Source of the DNA: Octopus vulgaris
Taxonomy: Eukaryota
Direction of reading: 5' to 3'
Assembly: GCA_951406725.2 (NCBI GenBank)
Contig: OX597816.1
Coordinates: 132,494,001 to 132,558,000 of the forward strand
DNA: 64,000 nucleotides
Shown here piece after piece: positions 11,264-22,355 of the stretch. The notes under the pieces are model-generated. The model had not been told where the DNA came from. It made no database searches and was given only the letters and a program-made list of their open reading frames with translations. The position numbers and the translations under genes were made by a program. Each line of letters begins with the position of its first letter. Positions within the stretch are counted from its first letter, which is position 1.

Positions 11264-12296
11264 CACCTGGATGATGAGCAGGTGTGGTCATCGCATGCTG
11301 AACTGGTCTTCCTAAAGGTAAAGCCCCTTGTGGACTTAGGTGCATGGATCACGCGGAGACCCAAGTTGGAGGAATGGCGGGAGGAGTGCAGACAAGCGCT
11401 TTCTCTCCTCTCTCGAGTGAGCAATGCTGACAGCGGGGTTGCCACAGCGGATTTTTATAGCGGGTTGGTAGAGCTTAAGTCCGACGATGTCCTGGGGGAG
11501 ACTCTAAGCTTCGATAAGAGGCAGCTAACCGACCTGTTCGGGAGGACTTTCGGGTCGAGATTTCTGGATAACTACCAGAAATCTTTGACCTGGTTGTGCT
11601 AACGATCGGCTTTACCGGTTCGAGAAAGGTTGTCAAGGCATGGTTTTGACACCTCCCCCACGTGTCCGAGGAGCGGGCGTGCCAGTGAAACGGTTACGCA
11701 CGCCTTCGTATACTGTGAGGAGTTGATGGCCTTTGCCGAACAGCTGATGTCGGATGCAGAAAGAGTACGGCTCTCGTCCGAGTCTATGATAAAGATTGTA
11801 CCACCTTCCCCTTTCACCAAAGAAAAGAAGGTAGTTTTTGTCTGCGTAGTAACCATATTGAAAGATGTGGTGTGGAAGACGCGAGCGAAAGGGATTGCGA
11901 CAGGCTAATTCATCTCCGGACGTGGGCTGATGAATTACTTCGCCGCCCATCTTTCCAGTAAGATCCGTCTGGGGAGGAGGAGCCTACCGCAAAGAGTATT
12001 TGGAAAAAGATGGACGGAAGTAGTAAGAAAGTTAAGAATGCAAGGAGCTGTGCTTGCACAGTCGGTCCTAGCATAAAGGGATCACCAATAGAAAATCAAC
12101 CGGCGGGTTAGTTCACTAACCTGGAGAAAAAAAAAACATTCGTAATTATCATCTATATTTTTAATTTCATAGCATTCGTCGCACATATAAACCCACTCGC
12201 CTTTATTTAATGTAACGAGTGTATCTGACCTGTATGTGTCCTTTGTCTGTCCTTGTTTGTTCCCTCTATGTATCCTGTTATAGGAAATAAAGAAAA
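11264..12296 (+). mobile_element. 5'-truncated Tx1/L1-clade non-LTR retrotransposon (ORF2 C-terminus plus 3'UTR)
   Basis: One reading frame 11264-12076 with two internal stops (11600, 11906). It contains the zinc-binding C-terminal region WLC*RSALPVRERLSRHG..SPTCPRSG..SETVTHAFVYC. Ends AATAAAGAAAA. Exact 19-bp direct repeats CCTTTGGCACACGCCATGG at 11245-11263 and 12297-12315. Confidence 0.85.
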
Positions 12297-12315
12297 CCTT
12301 TGGCACACGCCATGG

Positions 12316-14222
12316 TCTTTCCCTTCGAGACTTTCCGAGATGTCGCAGGTGTTTTTTGTGTTGGTGGTGTTTTGAGTTCGAATCACGTGATTCTGGAGTA
12401 AGCTGTTTGTTTGTGATACTTGTTGAAGGTTTCCTCGTATGGGTGACACAAAGGATTTGTTAACTTTGTTGAATGTTGAACTATTGCTGCTATTTTTGTC
12501 TGTTATTGTATTTATTCTCTTCACCAACTATGGGTGAAGCAGAAAATAGAGAGGAGATATAGAAAATGAACAAACGGTAAGTTACGCATTAGCCACGAGT
12601 AAAGTAATATCGACCAGCGCCTTGGAAGCACGTGAAATTAAGATAGAGCCCAGAAAGTGGAAGGAAAGTAGTAAATTAATAAAAAGGGAGGGAGCCAGTT
12701 TAAGGCTGACTACACCGCAAGAATTGACGAACGGCGCGACGAAAAGGACTGTGGTGTACAGAACGTTATCTACGTCCTCTAAAAAGACAGAGGTAGCGCC
12801 AAAAGAGACAATAGAGGAGTGTCTCAAGGAAATAAAGAGGCTTACCACATTTTATACACGTGTGAAGAAATACGGAAATGTGGAAGTAAGGTTTAGCAAA
12901 GAAGAAGACGCGATAAACCACTCCAATGCACCGATAAGAACAGCGGAATAGGTACTTCTGCCGACTTACTGTGGCAAACGCGTCGCCAAAGTAAGAATTG
13001 GCAGAGTGCCCCCCTCCCCCCGAGATTAATGAAGCATGGCTGGTGGCAGCAGTCATGCATAGAATGGAAAATGAAGTGAAAATCTTAAAGATTACGAGAA
13101 TGTAAACGGTTAATAGGTGGGGGTATTGCCTCGTGATGGCCATACAAGTGAGCTTAAAAGACCTGAACGAGACTACAGAGGAAATCATTCTCCCAGAGGA
13201 CGTTCGACTGTGAGTAGTGGTGGAAGGAAGACCACCAACATATTTCTTAGGTGGTCAAAAATAGCACTTGAAAGCAGGGTAGAAAGAGGAGTAGAAAAGG
13301 GAAGAACAGAGTACCGAAGTGGTGGTACCGGAAAGAGAGAAAGATGGAGAGGAGGGGTCATTCATTGTCGTGAACAGAAGAAAAAGGAAAGAACGGGTGA
13401 GCTCCCCACCAAACAGCCAGAAGAGGATGAAGGAGATTGAGATAGACGAAGTAAGGAATAGGTGCGAGACACCAACAGAATCAACAATGAAAGATAGAGT
13501 GGAAACAGAAAATTTAGTACAACACGATGTGGGATGCTACGCAATTGACATTTATTTTGATCCATCAAGAAACGAATCACATGGAACGCCTCGCGCGGAC
13601 AGCCCAGGCCTGTCGCGAAGCAAACGGAGGTTAAAAAGAGTAAAAATAAGTGGCATATGTTCACATATGCCAAAAGCACGGCAATCGAGCGGAAGATTAC
13701 GAAGTTTTAATCAGTCAGAAGAGTAAGGTTGCCACCGGAGAAATATTTCGAAAATACCAAGGGAATAATTATTGACTAGGATAGATATATGAAAGTGAAA
13801 GAACTGTTCTGAAATAATATAGACCCGTTAGGGGTAGAAGTCGAATTCGACGAATTACCGCCGGTCGTGGAGTTTGAAGATTTGAAACCTTTAATGAACT
13901 GTTAAAAAGAGTAAAATAAGTAAAAAATTTTTTGTTTTTTTAAAAAAAGGAGGGGGGGGGGAGACTTTCAAAAGGTAAAAAATGGTACTAAAAGGAAAAA
14001 AAAAAAAAGACAGTGTAACAAAGATTGTTAAATTGTATAATTTAACTGTTAAATGGTACTGATTGAGAGTGGGGTTCAACGCAGCCATTTCACCATCACT
14101 AATTTATGCATCATTCATTTTCATTCGTTTTATGTTTTTGTCCCCACTGTAGTGTCCTGTCTGTCTTTGTGCTGTCCCCTCTGTGTATGAGCCATAAGTA
14201 CTTAAATAAAAAATAAAAAAAT
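12316..14222 (+). mobile_element. ORF1-only (half-LINE-like) non-LTR element, decayed
   Basis: T/G-rich 5'UTR, then a broken ORF1 at about 12530-13900 (VSYA..., KVRIGRVPP, VVVEGRPPT, a mutated CX2CX4HX4C knuckle read as YFLGGQK*HLKAG*, FIVVNRRKRK). Only about 320 bp of non-coding DNA precedes a tail resembling that of the upstream element and poly(A). Followed by the target-like CTTTGGCACTCGCAT. Confidence 0.7.
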
Positions 14223-15000
14223 ACTTTGGCACTCGCATCTAGTCTCCAGCCAGTCTCCGCTCTCTGCGCTTGCTGTATGAAGACCACAGGCCAACACCAA
14301 CAGTACTTCAACTATGTCTACTCACCATCAACAGATCAGCCTAACTATGAAGTTCTCTCACATCTTTGTAATAACTTGTTGTGTTATGTCAATTCATGTA
14401 TGGCAGTCATTGTATTTTATAACAGAGAATAACCAGTTCATTTCATCTCAAGTTGTATATATCCACATTCACACTTCATTAAACATCTTCGTTATAGATG
14501 GATATGCATCACATTGTTGCTATAATTTGGCATCCGAATAGAGTTTTCGTAATAAAAATACCTTCCCATATGTTCTTTGTTGCACATCCGTCACGCACTT
14601 TCAATTAATTATTATTAATTAAGTACTATTTATTGTTTAATTTTTTGCGCTAATTTCTATTGGTCATGTTTATCATTGCAAAAACATTATCAGCCCGATA
14701 TTTTGGTAAATAACGTAAAAAAATGAATATGAATGCGAAACTTTTGTGCACACTGGAATTTATAAGCTGGTGTCTTATGCAGACGATAGTTTAGCTTCAT
14801 TGCTTTGTCACATGTATTATTTTAGCCAATTAGAAAGTTTGATCAGTCAGAGACTAGTCGCTCGGGTGCCATGTTTGAACACTACGTCTGTTTCATGTTC
14901 TTTTAACTGTCAATAACCACAACTTTCTCCCCCCCCTCTCTCTCTCTCGTTCAGCTAGCAGTTAACTTTTTGTCGTAGTCCCGACAGAATAACTTCTACC

Positions 15001-15542
15001 GGCCATCTTTCGTTTTGACTTGCAGAAATGTCATTCGGGTCAACTGGTTGTTCGTTCATTTCTGTATAATTTATTTATTTATTTACTTATGTTTTCATGA
15101 CATGTGGAAGGTGACATTTCCTTTGAAGTGAGAGCAGAAAGCGAGAGGATAAAGTGTGAAAGGTGCTTGTATGTGTATATGAAATGGACGTGTGTATGTG
15201 TGTGTGTGTGTGTGCGTGTGTGTGAGAGAGAGAGAGAGAGCGAGTGAGTGAGTGGAGGTGTGTGTTATGCATGTATTTTTTTTGTATATATGTGCAAGTG
15301 GCTAGGGTTCGTTCTTACCTGCTGCACACTAAAAAGCGCCGTGTTCAGCACTATGTATTTGTAGTCAGTCACATACGCACACAAACACACACGAACATAC
15401 AAAAAAGATGTATGCATATGTATTTGTGTAATGGTAATGGGTGTACGTGTTTGTGTGTGTGCAGCAGGTAAGGACGAACCCTAACCACTTACGTATACAT
15501 GCCAAAAAGTACATACATGACAACACACACCTTCACTCACTC

Positions 15543-15573
<31 letters not shown>

Positions 15574-15743
15574 CACACACATACACGTCCATACATCTTT
15601 CACTTTCTGCTCTCACTTCAAAGCAAATGTCACCTTTCACACGTCATGCAAACAAAAGTAAATAAATTTTTAAAATTTATGGAAATTAACAAACAACCAG
15701 CTGATCCAAATGACATTTCTGCAAGTCAAAATGTAAGATGGCC
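15001..15743. mobile_element. Foldback/long-TIR element (arms about 300 bp, containing microsatellites)
   Basis: Left arm 15001-15330 (GGCCATCTT...CTTACCTGCTGCACAC) is the diverged reverse complement of right arm 15457-15743 (GTGTGCAGCAGGTAAG...AAGATGGCC). Confidence 0.8.
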
Positions 15744-16104
15744 CTTTTCCCAGTTTAAAAACATCTATTTTTCTCCTTTTACAGCTGACCATTATCTCAT
15801 CACACACATTTGACTCAATGACACAAATTATTCCGTTGACTCAAATATATTTTTATGCATACCCACTTGGTTTTGCAAAATATGAAAATATCTATCTACC
15901 TTTTTCTTTAGCACAAACTATCTAATTAACAGGTATGTATATTTTGATGGACACGTTCATATAATATATTGCCTTGATTTATATTTCAATGAAGATTTGT
16001 GATATTCTGAGCTGAATTGTGTGAGATTGAATCTACAACTGCATGACTACAAAGCAAAGTTATTGCCCAAAAGGAATGTTTGTGCCCACCAATATGCTAG
16101 GTCT

Positions 16105-16736
16105 GAATTTTGGCACAAGGCCCTTTTGGGAAAGGGTAAGTCAATTACATCAATCCCAGTGCTCAATTGGTATTTATTTTATCAACCTTAAAAGGATGAA
16201 AAAGGCAAAGTTGACCTTGGTGAAATTTGAACTCAGAACATAAAGATGGATGATGTGCCAATAAACATTTTGCCAGCATACTAATGATTCTGCCTGCCTG
16301 CCACTTTGTGCTCACCACTATATTAGCAATGGTACATGTTGGACAAAGAGTAAAAGATTCTAAAATTATAGTATTTCACTTCATTCATATAATTGACCTC
16401 ACCACTTGACTTGTTCTTGATGGTATTTGAACTCAGAACATGAAGAGTTGGAAGGAATACTGCTAAGCATTTTGTCTGGCATGCTAACCATTCTACCAGT
16501 TCGCCACAATAGCGTAAATAATCCTTTCTACTAAAGGCACAAGGCTTGGAATTTGGTGGGAAGGGACTAGTCGATTACATTGACACCACTGTTTTACTGG
16601 TCCTTAATTTATCGACTCCAAAAGGATAAAAAGCAAAGTTGACCTCGGCATAATTTGAACTCAGAATGTAGCAACGGGCGAAATACCTCTAAGCATTTCG
16701 TCCAGTGTGCTAACAATTCTGTCAGCTTGCCACCTT
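16105..16736 (-). mobile_element. Cluster of three SINE family A copies or fragments
   Basis: Repeated AAGGATGAAA..GCAAAGTTGACCT..ATTTGAACTCAGAA core at about 16190 and 16620, plus a partial copy at about 16425. Confidence 0.8.
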
Positions 16737-18669
16737 ATGGTAAAGTAAATAATAATGCATGAAATAGAAGTTTGATATTTTACTGTTTTACTTTTCTATA
16801 AAATATTCATACATTCTGTGGGAACATCTGTATGGTTATTTAAGCAGCTAGAAATAGTAACCAAACCTCTTTCAAATCTCACAATATACTTATAAAAAAA
16901 GTACACATTGGCAATGTAGAAAAAAATAAAATGGGAAGGTCACAATTGGAATAATCACAGTATATCACTTGTGAGGTAATTTTAATTTTTTTTTTTTTAG
17001 GTTCAGTATCTGTTATTATTAGCATTGAAGGGTTTAGACTCAGGGCACAGAAACAATAAAATCAACTCTTGGAATGACTTAACTTCAGCATGTTTTCTTT
17101 CTGCCTGCTTCACTGCCTTTCTAATGATAATCATATCTTTAAATTAATTTAATTATCATTAGTCTTTCCATGTTGACTCAATCATTAACAATACAATCAA
17201 TAAGTGGGTTGTTGTCCACCTTAAATACTTTCATAATTAATCCATTGCTAATTAATCTACAATTGAGTCTATATTAAGCAGCTGTTATTCAAAGATGAAA
17301 TCACAAGGTTAAATTTAACTCAATATTGTCTCTATAAATACTCACAACAAATATAGGTTAAATATGTATTTATGATTATATTGAAGTGATTACTTTGAAG
17401 AATAATGATTGGCCTTTGCAAAATGAATTCAGTTAAGCAAGTTTATAATGTAATATTGTTATGTGTTGGAATGATATCTGGTATGAATACTAATAATAAA
17501 AATATTGGTATCAAACTTTGGTACGAGGCCAGCAATTTGGGGAGGTAGAGGATAAGCTGGTTACATCAATTCCTATCCTCAACTGGTACTTATTTTATCA
17601 ACCTTAAAGGATGAAGAGCAAAGTCAAAGGAATTTGAACTGAGAATGTAGAGCCAGAAGAAATTCCACCAAGCATTTTGTTTTATGCATTAATGAGTCTG
17701 ATCACTCATTGCCTCATGATAATGGTGATTTAAGCATTTACAGTATGACACAATTTTTTTCTCCTTCTCATTTTACAGATATCTTTTATCATTTACCTGT
17801 TTCAGTCATTAGACTGTGGCCATGCTGGGGCACAGCCTTGAAGAATTTCTAGTTGAATGAATTGATCCCCCCCGTACTAACTTTTCTGTTAAGCTTGGTA
17901 CTTATTCTATCAGTATATTCTGTCAATATACTCACACTTATTAAGCGTGAATTTATATACGTGTGTGTCTGAAGTGACATCCATGAAATCAAGGGAGGTT
18001 TGGAGTGTTCACTGCTTTTCACCAGTTTTATTAGATTAACCAAAGTATAATCTCCCCCAGCTATATACAGACTGTATAAACAAACTCAAGGTTGCCCATT
18101 CTCTCTTCTTGGTAGCATGCAGCTATCCAATCTTTCTTTCTTCAAACAGAACTTGACCAACTGAATAGATCAGGCATGGGCAACCGTTTTTGGGAATCAG
18201 GCTACTTGAAACACAGCTTATCATCATGTGGGCCATACCACTAAAAAAATTCAAGTCAGCAAAATACCAAGTTTGTCTTTGAACCAAGTCATCTATGTTG
18301 ATTCCACATATTTTTAGCTCAGCAATATTTTCCATTTACATGGCTACATGTAGCACAGAAAAAGTTTTAATTCAAGAACACACACACACATATAATGCTA
18401 CATCCACAATGAAAATTTGTTTCTTTTATTAATGTTGAAACTGAAAATTATTACTTTTATTCTGTATAAATTACTACCTCATTAAAACCTGTACTTCACA
18501 AACTTATGGAATTAAATGCATGCTTTTTATGTTTTAAATTGTCACACTAGTTAGGACAGTAGAATTCCACACTTCTGATGGTATGTTTAAAATAAACAAG
18601 AACTATAAAATACAACTTGTTATTTTTTGTATTCTTCTTTAGTCCTGTATAAATATGTTGCTAAATAAA

Positions 18670-19194
18670 AATTTCATTTTCAATAGTAATTCCTTTCTAC
18701 ATTTTAAGCAAATAAATTATCTTCTTTCAAACTTAAAGCAAAAAGTTTTGTCTTTTCTTTAGACAGCAATAAGTCCCTTATATGATCTTCTAGTTACTTT
18801 TGAGTAAATAATATTGGCTCAAATTTTTCTTCAGCTAAGTATTCAGACTCTTTAAGAGGTCTAGCACCTCCACTAGTTGCAACTTTATCACTGTCCATTT
18901 GATCATCTGCAGAAGCTAGTTTGGGGGAAGGGAATAGGTATTGTTTCATCAAGCTGGATTGGTCTATCACTAACATAGGTTTGAACACAATCATATGGTT
19001 GCTCCTTGTGAAAAGTTCAGTTGTACAAAATTAACAATTGATTTGATGATCTCATTATCCTCTCCACATCATTGATGGCTTCTCTTTGTTCAACCAATCA
19101 TTGTCTGTTTGAACAAACAGAACATATTGAATACAGCTATCTCGGTCGCTTATATGATAACCAAAGTATATCTGGCATATTTTCATAAATTTTG
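18670..19194 (-). mobile_element. Decayed Chapaev3-like (CMC) transposase N-terminal region
   Basis: Collinear motifs: IYFGYHISDRD, DWLNKEKPSMMWR, DHQINC*FCT, RPIQLDETIPIP, FEPILFTQK*LEDHIRDLLLSKEK..LKEDNLL. Compare the family consensus YFG..IGDQD, WREP.DH..DCYFC, QxELNDLxRDLxLSKE. The superfamily name is from memory. Confidence 0.6.
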
Positions 19195-19196
19195 AT

Positions 19197-19430
19197 AGGG
19201 GCCAGTAGGCAGAAGGCCATAAAATTGGCTGATGAAGCATCAGAGATTGCCTAAAGGTGGCTGTGGATCAAGAGAGGCAAGCCCTGGAAAAAGCAATACT
19301 ACCAGGGTGGTGCTAGCTGGACATGAGCTGGGACTTGATCAACCCCAGCTGGACCACCTGGCTGAGGGTGTCTAGTGGTTGAAAGACCCAAAGCACCTAA
19401 TGACCTTAGGAAACATCACTGATGACCTAT
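19197..19430 (+). mobile_element. 3' end of a Hero-like (RLE-type) non-LTR retrotransposon
   Basis: GASRQKAIKLADEASEIA*RWLWIKRGKPW followed by the 3'UTR TGATCAACCCCAGCTGG...GAGGGTGTCT...TTGAAAGACCC...CATCACTGATGA. Confidence 0.6.
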
Positions 19431-19513
19431 AGAAAATCTTGTTATTGTATTTTAGTTGTATGAAATATCAGAAAAGGTATGGCAATTTTTACATTCACAG
19501 CCAGGTTAATTAA

Positions 19514-19621
19514 CCTTTAGCACACTGCATTTTCTCTAGAAAAGTTTTCCCTGTCACTGCTTTGATACGACAAAGGAGAAAACTCATACAGTGACATGAT
19601 GCACCCACAGTGTGCTAAAGG
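19514..19621. mobile_element. 108-bp piggyBac-like MITE
   Basis: TTAA|CCTTTAGCACACTG ... CAGTGTGCTAAAGG|TTAA: perfect 14-bp TIRs and a TTAA TSD. Confidence 0.85.
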
Positions 19622-21074
19622 TTAACTGATAATGAGTTGAATAAATACTCTGAAAAACAGAAAATATTTCAAATGATAATTTCAAAACTAAAATGGATTT
19701 CATTGCAAAAACTTAAAATGCTACAGAAAAACTGAAGAGTTTTGAAATCAGCATAATTTTTTTTTTTTGTCCAACTTAAATCTTCTGCTGGGGCACCTTA
19801 ATCTATCTTGATACCTTCTCAAAAGAATTTGTGGAGTAGTAGGGATAGCTTACACCCATATATCAAACACTTATGTTTTGTGCTTGCCTTGTGTGTGTGT
19901 GTGTGTGTGTACATGGTTATGTGGGGGTAAAGAAACTTGCTTCCCAACCACATGGTTTGGAGTTCAGTCCCACTGTATGGCACCTTGAGCAAGTGTCTTC
20001 TTCTATAGTGTCTTCTTCTATAGCTCTGAGCCAACTGAAGCCTTGTGAGTGGATTTGATAGACAGAAACTGAAAGAAGCCCATCGTGTGTGTATGTACGT
20101 ATTTTGTACCCTGCCACCATCATACAAGAGATGTCTACTTCCTGTTTTTTTGTGAACAACATGTCTGGCCATGGAAAATATAACCTTGTTTGGAAACAGG
20201 TGGAGGCTGACACCAGAAAGGGTATTCAGCAATAGAAAATGTCTCAACAAATTCCATCTGATTTATGCGAGCATGGAAAAGTGGACATTAGATGATAATA
20301 AGTACCTATTACAGAAATGCATGCACACACACACACACACACACACACATAACCTATACATCTAATCAAAAGTAGTTGTTTGGCTTAGTATCCATGTGAC
20401 ATAGGTTCCTTGATCACGTCTGGCCTGCTGCTTAAAACAATTACAACACGTGCACACACACACACACACATACATGCACACAACCATGCAGACAGACAGA
20501 CAGACATGCATTATTTCTAAAGTGATGTATGTAAGTATATATTATCAAGAATATATGTGACAATGGTTTATGCAAATGTTTTAAATAAACACCCAAAATA
20601 AAGAGACTGATAATTATGTAAAAAAAAAAACCAAAAAAAAACCAGGCCAGTCCTAAATGAACAGATTTATGTCTTAAATCCTTTCAACCATGACTGTTCC
20701 ATCTTTTTGTATATCTAAGACTACATTATCCAATGTCTCTTTCAAAATAGTAGTGTGTGATTTGAGGCAGATTTAGTTGCTATTTCTAGCAGGTCAGATG
20801 GCTATATAGAGGCTCCCACATTGGCAATTAACATATTTCATATTTTCTTATTAGGACAGCCAGGTGGCATTAGCTCAATGGACTTTCAGATATTAATACT
20901 GAACAAACAGGATGCTGCCAGCTGTGGCTTTGTTTTCATATTTTGTTGTTTCAAATCACTGAGAGAATGAGAGAAATTTATATACTTCTGATGGTTTTGG
21001 TATACTCCTTACATGAAAATATGTATGCATGTGCATTGTGTGTGTGTGTGTGCATGTCTCTCTCTCTCTCTCTC

Positions 21075-21115
<41 letters not shown>

Positions 21116-21339
21116 AAGGAAGAAGTATAAAGTCCTTGTTACAATATTATATATTTGCAAAAAATGACCAGAAATGAATTTTCTGATAACTTTTTCCTTT
21201 TTAATAATTAGATGTTTATAAGTTTACAGAAGGTTATAGAGAGAGGGGGAAAGAGAAAGAGAGAGAGACAGATAGACAGACAGAAGAGAGAGAGAGAGAG
21301 AGAGACACACACACACACACACACACATTCACTTACAGA

Positions 21340-22020
21340 TCAGTTGCTTGTGTGGGCTCCTATATTCTGATGACCTAGTTCTTACAGCAGCAACTGTGAA
21401 AGATTTAGATAAAAATTCCAGACGTGGAAACAAAACCTAGAATCAACAGGCCTCAAAGTAAACTTTGTGAAGTTTTAGTTAGTAGAAGAGAGAACACTGA
21501 TAATATCAAGGAAATAACTGTGCTCAATATTCAGAGGAGGAATCAGAAGAAATTCCTTATAGTGTAACCAGCATAATGCATAGGTGCACTAGAGGTGAAG
21601 TGGAATCAAAAGCAAACTGATAATCAATAGCATCTGTTACCTAAGCAATCTAATTAGTAGTGGAGGAAGGTCTTCTGAAAGCATAATCACCAGAATTAGA
21701 ATACACAGAGGAAAGTATAGGTAGCTATTATCTCTGTTAACTACACTGGGCTCTCCAAGTGAAGTTTAGATCTCATGATGCATATATATATGAAAGAAGA
21801 AGGATGTGTAAAGTTTGGAAAGAAATGAAGAAAGCATGATCTATCTACTGAATGTGTAATGTTAGCATGCATGAATGACAAGACAAATGAACTAGAAGAA
21901 AAGTTGGGTATAAGTGAAATTAATTGTTGTGTGCAAGAGTAATGGCTGTGTTGGAATGGACATGAAATGCATGTGGATGATAACTGCATAAAAGTACACA
22001 CATAGATTGTAACAGACAAG
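21340..22020 (+). mobile_element. Decayed RTE-clade LINE ORF fragment
   Basis: LLYSDDLVLTAA...KFQTWKQNLESTGLKVN (RT YxDD motif) and ELEEKLGISEINCCVQE*WLCWNGHEMHVD (compare RLRWxGHVxRM). Confidence 0.7.
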
Positions 22021-22321
22021 AGGGCACTAGTAATTCCATATCACATAATTTCAGTCTATTGGACACTATTGATATTATAAAAACACAGTAATTAATATTT
22101 TTACTGTTATATATACATTTTTAAATTGTTATTCTTTATTCTGTCACTGGATTAAGTCTTTGGACTTGGGCCCAATTGGACTGCAGTCCACTACCTTCAA
22201 GGGCTCAAGGACTTCAGTTGGTCACTTTGAACCAAGTGCTTATTTTATTAAGGCTTACATAGACCAATATAGTTTGTGTGTATGCGTGTGTATACAGACA
22301 CACACACACATATCTATCTAT

Positions 22322-22355
<34 letters not shown>

